From NCBI GenBank assembly GCA_002084955.1, contig MZGJ01000004.1, forward strand, positions 3,155 through 67,154: a stretch of 64,000 nucleotides of DNA. The letters run 5' to 3'. This document shows positions 1 to 9,883 of this stretch, in pieces (positions within the stretch are counted from its first letter, which is position 1; every line of letters starts with the position of its first letter). Below the pieces are notes generated by a model. That model was not told where the DNA came from, made no database searches, and saw only the letters and a list, made by a program, of their open reading frames with translations. Source of the DNA: a candidate division CPR3 bacterium 4484_211. GTDB lineage: Bacteria > Patescibacteriota > 4484-211. The position numbers were made by a program, and so were the translations under genes.

Positions 1-1
1 T

Positions 2-373
2 GATAGTTTTACTTCTAATGAGTTGGATAACAATGCAGGGATGAGTGACATTATGGACTTTCGGAAGAATTCCTTAGAGACAGCTTCTTCTTTGGTCTTT
101 ATTGTTCAAGGCAATCTTGATATTCAGCCTAGTGCTCGGGTTATTTACGGGATATATTTTGTGAATGGACAGATTTCTACTGGTAATTCTGATAACCGGT
201 TGTTTGTTTTTGGTTCTTTAACATCTTTGCCGGCGGGTTCACTTCAGTTGCAAAGAGATTTAGATGATAACAGTGTTCCCGGGGAAACGGTGATTTCTAT
301 GCCCAAGTACTACTTTAGTCTTCTTAACCTGGTTGGGGAGCCTATTATTACCTGGCAGGAAAGTTCTAGGTAA
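2..373 (+). CDS. 3' end of a large surface/secreted protein gene running off the window edge; paralogue of the C-terminal domain of the 409..2310 product
   Basis: Reading frame is open back to position 2. The C-terminal ~110 aa align by eye with the C-terminus of the next ORF (GIYFVNGQISTG~GVFLCNGEFDTN; LFVFGSLTSLPAGSLQLQRDL~LNLKGGIVALGGVILGRDL; PKYYFSLLNLVGEPIITWQE~PESYFFNEEFVRLVESKTSAHYEWRE). Confidence 0.5.
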   Translation, partial: DSFTSNELDNNAGMSDIMDFRKNSLETASSLVFIVQGNLDIQPSARVIYGIYFVNGQISTGNSDNRLFVFGSLTSLPAGSLQLQRDLDDNSVPGETVISMPKYYFSLLNLVGEPIITWQESSR

Positions 374-408
374 TTATTTCCCACCTTCTCTCTTTTTTTA
401 GAAAAGAC

Positions 409-2310
409 TTGCGTATTTTTCTACTTTATCTGTATACTCTAGAGAGGATGAAGTTCTTGACTCCTCCGGTTACCACGCACTCTCTATCTGGAGTTTTGGG
501 AAATAATGATTGGTATACTTCCACGGTAGATGTAACCTTGAGGGCTTCGGATATAGATTCGGGACCTAAATCAACTACCTATTGGCTGAATGCTTCCGAT
601 CCAGTTACCAAGACTCATACCTCCGGGCAGAATCAGATTGTTAATCCTTCTTTTGAAAACGGGTGGTTTTTTTCTATTAATAATTGGGCGCACAACAGCG
701 GGGCTGGTTTTTGGCAAAGTTGGGTTTTTCATAAGTTTGGCTGGAGATCGGCGGCCATTGGGAATTTACTAAGCGGCGATAAGTTTTTTTACTGGCATAA
801 CCGAGGAAGTTTTGTGCCCACGGCGGAAGGCGAGCATTATTCTGTGTCTGCCTGGGTGAAAACCTTTGATATCGGCGGATTGGGGGCCTGGTTTGAGATT
901 TGGGGCAGGGCGGCCGTTGGGGCTGACGATCAACTTATTGCCGCCAGTGGCAAAGTAAATGGAACTGTGGACTGGACTTTGCTGGAACAGTCTTTTACCA
1001 TGCCGGCGGGTTTTGAGGGTGTCTATGTTAAGCTGGGCATGAAAGATGAGGGCCTGGCGGGCCTGGCCTATTGGGATGGAGTAAGTTTGTACGGCGGGTA
1101 TTCAGCTTTAACAAGTTTTACGGTTGTTGAAAATGGCAGCCACACGCTTCACTACTACAGTGAAGACAATGCCGGTAATATAGAGAGTGAAAAGACCGCT
1201 CCCTTAAAGATTGATACCGTTCCTCCTCATGACTGGAATAATTTTACCTATCTTCCCGGAAGCAATGATCATTCCTATATTGCCTCTATTGAAGTCATTG
1301 ATGAGACTTCAGGTATTGATGTTTCTACGGCTACCTACCGGTGGTATACAGACCACCAAGATTGGGGTTGGAGTTGTGAATCAGAAGAAGAATGGGACCC
1401 GGTGGCGAGTGTTACTCGGGTAAGTGACGGCCTGGCGGCTTCTGATGGAGAAACAACCGAGGTTGAACTAACCACGCCGGAGATTGACTTTGGCAACTCG
1501 GCTACGGTGATGCGGGTGCAGTTTAGAGTTGGTGACATGGCGGGTAGCTCCGCGGACAGCCCGGTTTTAACCATTGAAGGGGCGTGGCTTCAGCTTGATG
1601 GTGGTTTTCTTTATTCTCAGGGTGAGATTTCCATGACAGCTGCCGCTCCGGCAGGGAAACACAATTCCAACAGTTTGGTATTAAGCGGCGGGCAGATTAT
1701 TGGTTTTGACACCTCTACTTCTTGGTTGGATACTTCCTATGCGCACAATTTTAGTTCGGCTGCTGGTGTTTCCGATATCTTGGAAGCTTATGATGATCTA
1801 AGAAGCCGTGCTTCTTCCCTGCCCGATAATAAGTTGCCCACTTCCAGCGGGGTTTATGTTTTTGATGGGGATTATGTTATTGACCACAATTCCACACCGT
1901 CTGGCTTTGAGGGTAATGAATTGGCGGCGGTAATTTTTATTGATGGAGATTTACTGGTAAAAAACGGATATTCTATGGATCCGTCTTCGGCGGTCTTGTT
2001 TGTGGTGGAAGATGATGTCGGGATAGCCGGGGCGGTTGAGGAGATAGATGGAGTATTTTTGTGTAATGGAGAGTTTGATACCAACTATGATAATAAGCTG
2101 CAAAAGCAGCTAAATCTTAAAGGAGGAATAGTTGCTTTGGGCGGCGTGATTTTGGGTCGTGATCTGGGGAGAAAGGGCTCTCCTTCCAACGGAGAGAGCC
2201 CGGCGGAATTAGTTAATTTGCCGGAAAGTTATTTTTTCAATGAAGAATTTGTGCGTCTGGTGGAGTCAAAAACCTCTGCTCACTATGAGTGGAGAGAAGT
2301 AGGCCCGTGA
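409..2310 (+). CDS. Large secreted/surface protein with a CBM4/9-like carbohydrate-binding-type beta-sandwich signature; member of a tandem paralogous family
   Basis: 633-aa ORF. Motif NPSFENGWFF...W recurs in the 1506-aa protein as VPNSSFEKGSG...GW. Ser/Thr/Gly-rich, with no catalytic motifs recognised. Confidence 0.5.
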   Translation: MRIFLLYLYTLERMKFLTPPVTTHSLSGVLGNNDWYTSTVDVTLRASDIDSGPKSTTYWLNASDPVTKTHTSGQNQIVNPSFENGWFFSINNWAHNSGAGFWQSWVFHKFGWRSAAIGNLLSGDKFFYWHNRGSFVPTAEGEHYSVSAWVKTFDIGGLGAWFEIWGRAAVGADDQLIAASGKVNGTVDWTLLEQSFTMPAGFEGVYVKLGMKDEGLAGLAYWDGVSLYGGYSALTSFTVVENGSHTLHYYSEDNAGNIESEKTAPLKIDTVPPHDWNNFTYLPGSNDHSYIASIEVIDETSGIDVSTATYRWYTDHQDWGWSCESEEEWDPVASVTRVSDGLAASDGETTEVELTTPEIDFGNSATVMRVQFRVGDMAGSSADSPVLTIEGAWLQLDGGFLYSQGEISMTAAAPAGKHNSNSLVLSGGQIIGFDTSTSWLDTSYAHNFSSAAGVSDILEAYDDLRSRASSLPDNKLPTSSGVYVFDGDYVIDHNSTPSGFEGNELAAVIFIDGDLLVKNGYSMDPSSAVLFVVEDDVGIAGAVEEIDGVFLCNGEFDTNYDNKLQKQLNLKGGIVALGGVILGRDLGRKGSPSNGESPAELVNLPESYFFNEEFVRLVESKTSAHYEWREVGP

Positions 2311-2381
2311 ACCTCTATTCCAATTTTAAGAATCAGAACCCGGCCAACAAGGCAGGCATCTTAAACATTGGGATTTTAAAT

Positions 2382-2897
2382 CTATTGTCGGTAGTATTCC
2401 CACGCCAATATCAATTCTTGGGCTAAATTATAGCCGGTCTTAAAATCGGCTAGTGCCTCCGCTCCCCTGCCCTTTTCTAGTTTTTCCTTTCCTTGCAGGT
2501 AAAAACTTTCTACGCTGACGGTGGGGATATTTTTCTTTTTCATTTGTAGTATTGTTTCCGAAAGCATCAAGGCGGCCTGGTTGGGGTTGGTGGTAAGCAG
2601 TGTTTTCGGGATGATCGGAGTAATAGGGGTAGGGATTTGTGTAGGTGTGGGTTCCGGGTTAGGCGTCGGTTTGCTTTGTTTGTTGATCAAGTCCAGCCGC
2701 GAAGCAAAATTATTTAGGATGCGGCTGGTTAAGGTCCAAAACCTGCTTTGGTTGGGCTGAGGTTTTTGGGCTTTGTTGTACTGGTGGATTACTGTACAGA
2801 AGAATGCCGTTAGAATTAGAATAAATAGAAGCAGGAGAATACCAATTCCCTTTTTGTTATACCTAATGCGCAGTTGGGGAGAAAATTTTCCGGGCAT
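2382..2897 (-). CDS. Hypothetical membrane-anchored protein with Pro/Thr-rich linker
   Basis: N-terminal TM helix (GIGILLLLFILILTAFFCTVI), then a PTPNPEPTPTQIPTPITPIIP linker; 171 aa. Confidence 0.35.
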   Translation of the reverse strand: MPGKFSPQLRIRYNKKGIGILLLLFILILTAFFCTVIHQYNKAQKPQPNQSRFWTLTSRILNNFASRLDLINKQSKPTPNPEPTPTQIPTPITPIIPKTLLTTNPNQAALMLSETILQMKKKNIPTVSVESFYLQGKEKLEKGRGAEALADFKTGYNLAQELILAWEYYRQ

Positions 2898-3325
2898 GTG
2901 CCTTTATTCTATCATCCAAAATTTAAATAACCAAGATTTTTCTGTGTTTGAAATTTATCATTTGGACTTGGTTTAACATTTGGCGTTTTTTTAATTGGCC
3001 GTTTCGCGACCTCTCCCCTCCTTCAAGGGCATAGTCCTGCAAGAAAAGAAACTACCGCTTCCTGGGCGGTGGAGCTTCACAATTGAATTATGGCTGGGAC
3101 ATAAATGTCTAGAATCGTTGTAGTAGCGCAATTTATTGCGCGCTCTTCGCGCGGACTAAAGTCCGCTATTACAGGCGAAACAGGGAATTATGCAGGGAAT
3201 TATGTCCCGGTCACAATTGAATTTTGAAATTATGTTCTGGACACCGCACACAGTTTGATTGACTTTACCCCTGTATAGTTGTTATTCTTTTACCAAGGCG
3301 TTTTTTTACGCTCTTCTGACTAATT

Positions 3326-6300
3326 ATGGTTGACCTATCTAAAGTGAAAGATGGCTTGTTAAATAAAGGATTGCGGTCGACTGCATTGCTAAAGGGCTCG
3401 AAGAGAAAATTTCTCTATTTAGGTGCCATCCTTTTTGTTCTTGTAATTTTTTTAATTCCCATAAGAAGAAAGTTTTTGATTAATCGTTTAGCCGAATGGA
3501 GAGGGTTGGGGGCAGGGAATCTGGTACCCAACTCTTCGTTTGAAAAAGGATCTGGGGGAATGCCCGAAGGCTGGAGGCGGGTGTCGGGAAGTGTTCAAGG
3601 GGTGTTTGATGATAGGGGTGAAGTTTTGCAGGCGGCGGCTGCTAATTTTACCCGTAATGATGAAACCGCTGTAATGTACGGGACACATGAAATTGCCTTG
3701 GTTGGTGACGGGTCGTATGATGTTGACAATCTCTTTGCTCTTGACGTTGAAGTGTCCTTTACCGCTCCCTCCGGTCTTATTAAAACAGTGGCTGCTTTTT
3801 ATGATGGTGATGATAATTGGCGGGCGCGGGTTTATGTTGATGAAACTGGTACTTGGTCTTGGAGTTCCTCGTCATCGGAGGGCAGTCTTAACGGGGAGGG
3901 AGGAAATTTCTTTGCTCAATCATCGAATTTGCGGGGTATGCTCAGGAAGCATAGTCAAAATTCAAGGCAATTGGTAACCGATGATGGACAAACGTTTATT
4001 AATGTTGCTGATACTGCTTATTTCTTTTTTACGCCGTCGGAAACAGATTGGAGGGAGTATTTACGTCAGGATGCGGATCATGGTATTACCTCGATTAGGA
4101 GTGACGCCTTGGGCGGAGGTTTAAGTTGGGATATGTATTGGACTGATGATTCAAGGACTCAGTTTGATCTACCTAATTTCCAGAATATGGACGAGAGAGT
4201 TCAGTGGTTGCTTGATAATTATCCGGATATTCAGGTGCAGGTGAAATTATTGCCAGGTCCCAGCAGTTACGGGGCTGATGAGGCTGTTTGGCCGACGTTA
4301 CCCCAATCGGTTCGCGAGAATCTGTTGAGTTATATGATTAGTCGCTGGGCAGCTTATCCCAATCTTTTTTTTGAGGTGACCAATGACACTCGATGTTCTT
4401 CTGCCTATCCAAATACCCGCAGTATGGCAGATGAAGTTGGTAATTACTTTCTTGCTCATGACCCTTGGCGACACCTGATATCGTTTGGCCCCACACGCGA
4501 TGCAGAGTTCTGTTTTACTGAGGCTGATTGGGTGGGTTATATCGCTTTAGAGACATCCTACGATTTGTCAGCCGACTGGGTTGATAACTACATTTCGGAG
4601 CCGTTGCATGTTTTTAGTGAAGAAGATTATTATGAAACCTACAATACACCTCTTCATCCACGGTATTTCTATAGAAGGTTAGTTTGGTCTTGGTTGCTTT
4701 CTGGCGGTTCTGCTACCTATGGCGGCGATTGGGACACCCTAACTCCTTATTCACAGTCAGATCTATCTGGGATGGATTCTTTTCCTTATATTGTTTCTTA
4801 TTTCCGAGAACGGGGGATAGATCTGGCTTTGTTTACGCCTGATGATAGTTTGGCCGCGCAGATTAATGCGCCTTCTCCGGAGGGGAATAGCGGGCCAAGC
4901 AGAGCTCAGGTAGCTCGGCGTGAATATGATGAGTTTCTTATTTATGTCCCCAATTCGGAGGATGGTGAGGTGTCCGGTTTTTTGGAGGGAACAAGGTCTA
5001 GTGCGGAGAGGAGTCGGCAGGAAGCGGCACTTAATACGGATGTTACGCCCGAGATTCAGTTAGATCTACGGAGTGCCTTGGGGGAATTTACGGTAGAATG
5101 GTATCGTCCCTATGATGGCTTGGTGCAAACTGGCGGAGTGGTTAATGGCGGTGATTACCGTCAGCTTACTTCTCCGTGGCGGGGGTATGATGTAGTTGTT
5201 AGATTGGTTTTAAGTGCTTCTGCTACTCCTACGCCGATACCTACCCCCTCCCCCTCCCCTACTCCGGCTCCTTCTTGTGAATTTACCTGGCCGGCGCAGC
5301 CGGCGCATAGTGGAGATAGTGCCGTTAGGATTCATGGGAATAGCAGTAGTGCAGATTGCCGAATGGAGATGATAGAGGCAGTAGAAGTATCCCCGAGCAG
5401 CTGGTACGATTTTGGGGGATGGATTAGGACAATAGGCCTTTCGGGAGAAGCGCGCTATCGGTTGATTTTTTATTCGGATGAGGCGGGAGAGAATGAGATG
5501 GGTTTTGCAGACACGCAGGGGATAAGCGGGACAACAGAAAATCCGGATGAAAACGGGTATGTTGAGGCAAGCCGGAGTGTTATGCCTCCAGGGAGTGCGC
5601 GGTCGGTGCGGGTGCAGGCTGTCCTAAATGGCTCGGGGACGGCCTGGTTTGATGATGTCTGGTTAAATCAGGTAGGTGGTCCAACCCCATCACCGACTCC
5701 ATTTTTGTCATCGACGCCTAGCCCCACCCCAACTCCTCCCGAGTGTACCTATGAGGTCAGCAGCAATGCAGAGCTTGCCAGTGCCAACAGTGCTGTACAG
5801 GCGGGAGAAGTGGTTTGTTTGCATGAGGGTTCATATTCTACACCGATTGAACCCCTAAATTCAGGTTCGTCCGGGTACTATATTACCTATCGCTCCTTTA
5901 CTGGGGAAGAGCCAGTTGTTACCGCACGGTCGCATCTGGATGATAAAAGCTATTTGGTAATTAGCGGTATCAGTCTTGCTTCTGATGGTCATACTTGGTT
6001 AAGCACCAATGCCAATTCTCACCATGTAGAGATAATCAACTGCAGTTTTGATTCCTCGGAGGGGGGGAGTTGGAATGGGATTTATCTTTACTATTCGGAG
6101 TACATTACCCTGCGAGGGTGTAAGTTTGGCAGCTGGTGGTATGGTAATGCGATTACGGTCAGTGGGGGCTCGCATATTTTAATTGAAGGCAACGATTTTT
6201 CTCAGGCGGCGGCTGATCATGGATTGGTGATTCTCGGGGCTTCCCATTCGGTTATTCGCAACAACTATTTTCGCAATCCCTGGGATCGGGCTATTTCGGC

Positions 6301-7846
6301 AAGGTGGACAGGTGACGAAGTTGCCGAGAATGTTTTGATAGAAGGTAATTTGTTTATCGATAACGATTGGAACAGGCTTGATCCGCACCCGGGCGAAGGC
6401 TCGAGTCGCGGCTCTATCCAGACGATGAAATTTGATGTTTCCAGGGGGATATTTAGAAATAATCTTTTGGTCCTTTCTAATCAGGGCAAAGACTATGAAT
6501 ATCACTCTAATATCTCTATGGCCACATACGGTGATGCTCATTATCTGGAGCATTTAAGAATTTATCACAATACTATGCATAGGAATAAGGGTAATACTCT
6601 TTGGTTTTCCTTTTTACCGGATCGAGATGAATATGTTTATGGGGATGATAATCGGGTCAAGAACAATATCATCACCCAGTATAACCTCCGCCCGGAGTAC
6701 ACCGATTATTCCATAAATATTGCCAGCAGTAGTCTGCCCTGGCAGACTTTCCGTTTTGAAAATAACCTCCTTTGGGATACAGACAAACAGGAGACTATTT
6801 ATATAGATGATGCCGGCAGTGCTCAGTCGGTGACTACTGCCGAGGCTAACCACGCCGAGCAGTTTAGGGATAACCATTTTGCCGCCCCAATTTTTGTTGA
6901 TGATTCTATTTTGGATGAGGCCGATCTGCGGCCCGAGAGTTATAATTTAGATAATTTAAGGGATTTCTTTTGTGCCTTGTCTCTTCAAGATTCTAGTCCG
7001 GGAAGACGGGAAGCGGCTCCCATAAGTGTAGTAACTCAGTCGGTTAGCGGAGCAACAAGTATTCCCGTGGACGATGCCTTTTACTTTTCTAATGGCAACG
7101 GGGTAGTCGCTGGAGATGGTCTTGTTTTTGCCTCTGGTGATTTTGCTGTGGTAAGTGAAATTCCCGATCAGAATACACTTGTTGTGGACAGGCCGGTTTC
7201 GGTTAGTGAGGGAGAGGGTGTTTATCTGTCGGTGGCTGGTGTTGCCCCAGATGTAGGTGCCTATGGCTGCCGTGCTCTTTCTCCTACTTCTACTCCTACT
7301 TTCACTCCAGCGCCTACTGGTGGGGGGCCGGGGGCGACGGCTACTCCACATCCAACCTCGCCCCCGGCGGCAACTTCCACACCGGCGCCAAGTTCAACTC
7401 CTTTGCCGAGTCCTACGCCGGAATTAACAACTACGCCGGAGCCGACATCTCCACCGGGGCCGACATCTCCACCACTGCCAACTTCTACTCCGGCGCCCAC
7501 TCCCACGCCGTTTCCAGCCTGTGAAGATCAGACCTACCCGGAGTGCTTTGGTGAGTGCGTGGGGGTTTCTATTTTTCGCAGATGTCTTAATTTTAATCAT
7601 TTTATTAATTTAGCAATTTCCTGGGCGGTGTTGTTGGCGCCTCTTTTCTGTTTGGTGCGGCTGGCTATTGGGATCCTGGGCTATATGACGGCTACGGGAG
7701 ATACCAAGAAAATGGAAGAATCCAGGACGACGATGGTTTATGCCCTAGGGGGCTTAATTTTAATCGGTGTAGCCTGGGTATTCTTGAGACTGGCCAACAT
7801 TTTTACTCTCCCCTTCTCCGGCTGGCAGATGTGGTTTGGAGGATGA
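3326..7846 (+). CDS. Giant (1506 aa) cell-surface protein: N-terminal TM anchor, CBM-like modules, possible glycoside-hydrolase-like region, right-handed parallel beta-helix (pectate-lyase-like PbH1 repeats), Pro/Thr-rich linkers, C-terminal two-helix TM hairpin
   Basis: N-terminal TM FLYLGAILFVLVIFLIPI. CBM-like motifs NSSFEKGSGGMPEGWRR and a second SSWYDFGGWIRT...AWFDDVWLNQ. Beta-helix repeats NCSFDSSEGGSWNGIYLYYSEYITLRGCKFG...ITVSGGSHILIEGNDFS...LVILGASHSVIRNNYF. Linkers PTPIPTPSPSPTPAPS and TPHPTSPPAATSTPAPSSTPLPSPTPELTTTPEPTSPPGPTSPPLPTSTPAPTPTP. C-terminal hydrophobic hairpin AISWAVLLAPLFCLVRLAIGILGY...MVYALGGLILIGVAWVFLRLANIF. Confidence 0.7.
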   Translation: MVDLSKVKDGLLNKGLRSTALLKGSKRKFLYLGAILFVLVIFLIPIRRKFLINRLAEWRGLGAGNLVPNSSFEKGSGGMPEGWRRVSGSVQGVFDDRGEVLQAAAANFTRNDETAVMYGTHEIALVGDGSYDVDNLFALDVEVSFTAPSGLIKTVAAFYDGDDNWRARVYVDETGTWSWSSSSSEGSLNGEGGNFFAQSSNLRGMLRKHSQNSRQLVTDDGQTFINVADTAYFFFTPSETDWREYLRQDADHGITSIRSDALGGGLSWDMYWTDDSRTQFDLPNFQNMDERVQWLLDNYPDIQVQVKLLPGPSSYGADEAVWPTLPQSVRENLLSYMISRWAAYPNLFFEVTNDTRCSSAYPNTRSMADEVGNYFLAHDPWRHLISFGPTRDAEFCFTEADWVGYIALETSYDLSADWVDNYISEPLHVFSEEDYYETYNTPLHPRYFYRRLVWSWLLSGGSATYGGDWDTLTPYSQSDLSGMDSFPYIVSYFRERGIDLALFTPDDSLAAQINAPSPEGNSGPSRAQVARREYDEFLIYVPNSEDGEVSGFLEGTRSSAERSRQEAALNTDVTPEIQLDLRSALGEFTVEWYRPYDGLVQTGGVVNGGDYRQLTSPWRGYDVVVRLVLSASATPTPIPTPSPSPTPAPSCEFTWPAQPAHSGDSAVRIHGNSSSADCRMEMIEAVEVSPSSWYDFGGWIRTIGLSGEARYRLIFYSDEAGENEMGFADTQGISGTTENPDENGYVEASRSVMPPGSARSVRVQAVLNGSGTAWFDDVWLNQVGGPTPSPTPFLSSTPSPTPTPPECTYEVSSNAELASANSAVQAGEVVCLHEGSYSTPIEPLNSGSSGYYITYRSFTGEEPVVTARSHLDDKSYLVISGISLASDGHTWLSTNANSHHVEIINCSFDSSEGGSWNGIYLYYSEYITLRGCKFGSWWYGNAITVSGGSHILIEGNDFSQAAADHGLVILGASHSVIRNNYFRNPWDRAISARWTGDEVAENVLIEGNLFIDNDWNRLDPHPGEGSSRGSIQTMKFDVSRGIFRNNLLVLSNQGKDYEYHSNISMATYGDAHYLEHLRIYHNTMHRNKGNTLWFSFLPDRDEYVYGDDNRVKNNIITQYNLRPEYTDYSINIASSSLPWQTFRFENNLLWDTDKQETIYIDDAGSAQSVTTAEANHAEQFRDNHFAAPIFVDDSILDEADLRPESYNLDNLRDFFCALSLQDSSPGRREAAPISVVTQSVSGATSIPVDDAFYFSNGNGVVAGDGLVFASGDFAVVSEIPDQNTLVVDRPVSVSEGEGVYLSVAGVAPDVGAYGCRALSPTSTPTFTPAPTGGGPGATATPHPTSPPAATSTPAPSSTPLPSPTPELTTTPEPTSPPGPTSPPLPTSTPAPTPTPFPACEDQTYPECFGECVGVSIFRRCLNFNHFINLAISWAVLLAPLFCLVRLAIGILGYMTATGDTKKMEESRTTMVYALGGLILIGVAWVFLRLANIFTLPFSGWQMWFGG

Positions 7847-7862
7847 GCTAAGTTTTTTATGC

Positions 7863-7892
7863 TTGACATTTCCTGTTTGGAAAAGGTAGGAT
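7863..7892 (+). promoter_or_regulatory. Candidate sigma70-type promoter upstream of pilM (TTGACA-18 nt-TAGGAT)
   Basis: TTGACA at 7863-7868, 18-nt spacer, TAGGAT at 7887-7892, about 80 nt upstream of the pilM start. An inverted repeat TCCGATCC..GGATCGGA follows at ~7943-7965. Confidence 0.2.
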
Positions 7893-7972
7893 GATGTAGG
7901 ATGCCCGTTAAAGAATGGTTTTAGCGGGTGGTTTTTGATTGATCCGATCCGTGTTGGATCGGATGTTATTAA

Positions 7973-9031
7973 ATGATGCAATTTTTTGGTTTGGACTTTG
8001 GTACGCACACTCTTAAGGCGGTGGAGTTGAGTTACTCTAAGGGTGGTAAGCCTCAACTGGTTGCTTTTGGTTCTGTTCCGGCGCCGGAGAAAAGCATAGA
8101 ATCTGATTCCTCCATTGATCAAGCGGATTTAATTAAATCAATTAAAAGCCTTCTAAAAGAAAGCGGGGTTAAATCCCGCAAAGTGGTCACCGCTTTCCCT
8201 GAGTCTAAAATTTTTAGTCGGGTTATTGAATTTCCGCCTTTAAGCGGGCAGGAATTAAATAATGCCATTGAATGGGAGTCGGAGCGATTTGTCCCTTTAC
8301 CAAAAGATAAGGTAAAAATTAGTTGGATGATTTTGGAAGAAGGTCAAAAACCGCAGGGGGAAAATTCACCCGGGAAAAAAATGAGGATATTTCTGGTGGC
8401 AGCCCCCCTGGATTTAGTTGAACGCTACCTAAATATTATGGAAGGAGCGGGTTTAGAACCGATAGCTTTTGAGTCGGAAATAATTGGGGTGGTAAGGGCT
8501 TTGTCTTTGGGTATGCAGGAAGGGCCGACAACTTTAATTATTTCTCTGGGAGCAAAGACTACTGATCTGTGCATTGTTGACGGCGGCATAATTCAGTTTA
8601 CGCGGAGTATCGGGACAGGCGGCGTAGCTCTGGCCAGGGCTATTGAGCGAGAATTGGGATTTGAGCTGAGTCAGGCCGAAGAATATAAACGAGCCTATGG
8701 TCTTTTGGAAGATAAGTTGGAAGGGAAAATATTGAAAGTGGTTAAACCGGTTTTTGATATTATTGTTAATGAAATCGAAAGGGCGGTTATTTCTTACCAG
8801 ACTAAGATGCCCATGCGGCCGGTTAAAAGGGTTGTCCTTACGGGGGGAACATCTCAATTGCCTGGGGTGGTGGTGTATCTGGCAGAAAGTTTGGGCATTG
8901 AGGTGCAAATTGGCGATCCCTGGATTGGTATTTCTGTGCCGCCTCAATTTGAGACCGAAATTCATTCTCTGGAAAACCAAACCCGATATGCGGTGGCTGT
9001 GGGTTTGGCTCTCAAGAAGTTTGAGAGATAA
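7973..9031 (+). CDS. pilM: Type IV pilus assembly ATPase-like protein PilM (actin/FtsA fold)
   Basis: 352 aa. N-terminus FGLDFGTHTLKAVEL is typical of PilM (GLDIGSSSIK-type). It is followed by a PilN-like and a PilO-like gene. Confidence 0.75.
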   Translation: MMQFFGLDFGTHTLKAVELSYSKGGKPQLVAFGSVPAPEKSIESDSSIDQADLIKSIKSLLKESGVKSRKVVTAFPESKIFSRVIEFPPLSGQELNNAIEWESERFVPLPKDKVKISWMILEEGQKPQGENSPGKKMRIFLVAAPLDLVERYLNIMEGAGLEPIAFESEIIGVVRALSLGMQEGPTTLIISLGAKTTDLCIVDGGIIQFTRSIGTGGVALARAIERELGFELSQAEEYKRAYGLLEDKLEGKILKVVKPVFDIIVNEIERAVISYQTKMPMRPVKRVVLTGGTSQLPGVVVYLAESLGIEVQIGDPWIGISVPPQFETEIHSLENQTRYAVAVGLALKKFER

Positions 9032-9190
9032 TTGTGCTGATTAAGATAGAATGTCCTTTTTTAAATGACCAAAACTTTCCCGTGTTGCGTCCGCTTTCAG
9101 GGCGGGGAAGCTTTACAGTAAAATAAATGGCAAAGAGGGTTTTTGTTTTGAGTTGACTGTAGAAATTGGGTCGATAAGGCATTTTGTGCT

Positions 9191-9763
9191 TTGGTTTTCT
9201 TCTGGGATATGCTTGACAAGGGAATTAATCTTTTACCTCAGGATATTCAGGAAACGGAGCGTCAGCGCTTGGCGCTCCGTAAGACGAGCATTTTGGGGGC
9301 GGGTGTTTTGGCGGTGACCGCGGGACTGGTTCTTTTAGTGTTCTCTTATCGCAACCGGGTGGAAGAGAGTTGGTTTTCACTGCGGGAAGAGATTGCTGCC
9401 AAAGAGGCGGTAATTAATCAGGAAGAAAACCGTCGCCTGGAAGCTAAACTGGTTGTTGTTAGAAGTAAAATTGATAATCTAAAGAGCTACTTTGATAAGC
9501 AGACAGACTTTGCCTCTTTTTTGGAGGTTTTTTTTACCAAAATTCCGTCTGGTGTGGAAATGGTTGCCTTAAGTGAAACAGACCTGCCTGATGGTCAATG
9601 GGAATTTTCCGGAGTGGCTGATAGCTTGGATAGACTGGAAGTGTTTGTTGATAATTTGAAGTCTTGGGATAAAGTAGGTGAGGTAGAGGTCAAAAGTTTG
9701 TCATATAAGGTGGAGAAAAGCTCAATGCCCTTTGAATTGATTATCACAAGAAAGGATAGTTAA
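9191..9763 (+). CDS. pilN: Type IV pilus assembly protein PilN-like (bitopic, coiled coil)
   Basis: 190 aa, single TM (ILGAGVLAVTAGLVLLVF), then coiled coil. Sits immediately downstream of pilM. Confidence 0.55.
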   Translation: MVFFWDMLDKGINLLPQDIQETERQRLALRKTSILGAGVLAVTAGLVLLVFSYRNRVEESWFSLREEIAAKEAVINQEENRRLEAKLVVVRSKIDNLKSYFDKQTDFASFLEVFFTKIPSGVEMVALSETDLPDGQWEFSGVADSLDRLEVFVDNLKSWDKVGEVEVKSLSYKVEKSSMPFELIITRKDS

Positions 9764-9883
9764 GTTAATTGATTTCTGATGTCTGCTTGGGCTGTTGATG
9801 CCGACCTTAAAACGGAACATTCCCGTTTGAGTTTTAAGCGGGCAGACTAGCTTGTTTTGGGTTGGTTATAGAAGCGCAGGTAA

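Noticed and set aside
7261-7506. 81-aa G/V-rich ORF antisense to the giant protein
   Set aside because: Mirror image of the Pro/Thr-rich linker (GGx/GVx from the complement of CCN/ACN). Compositional artefact.
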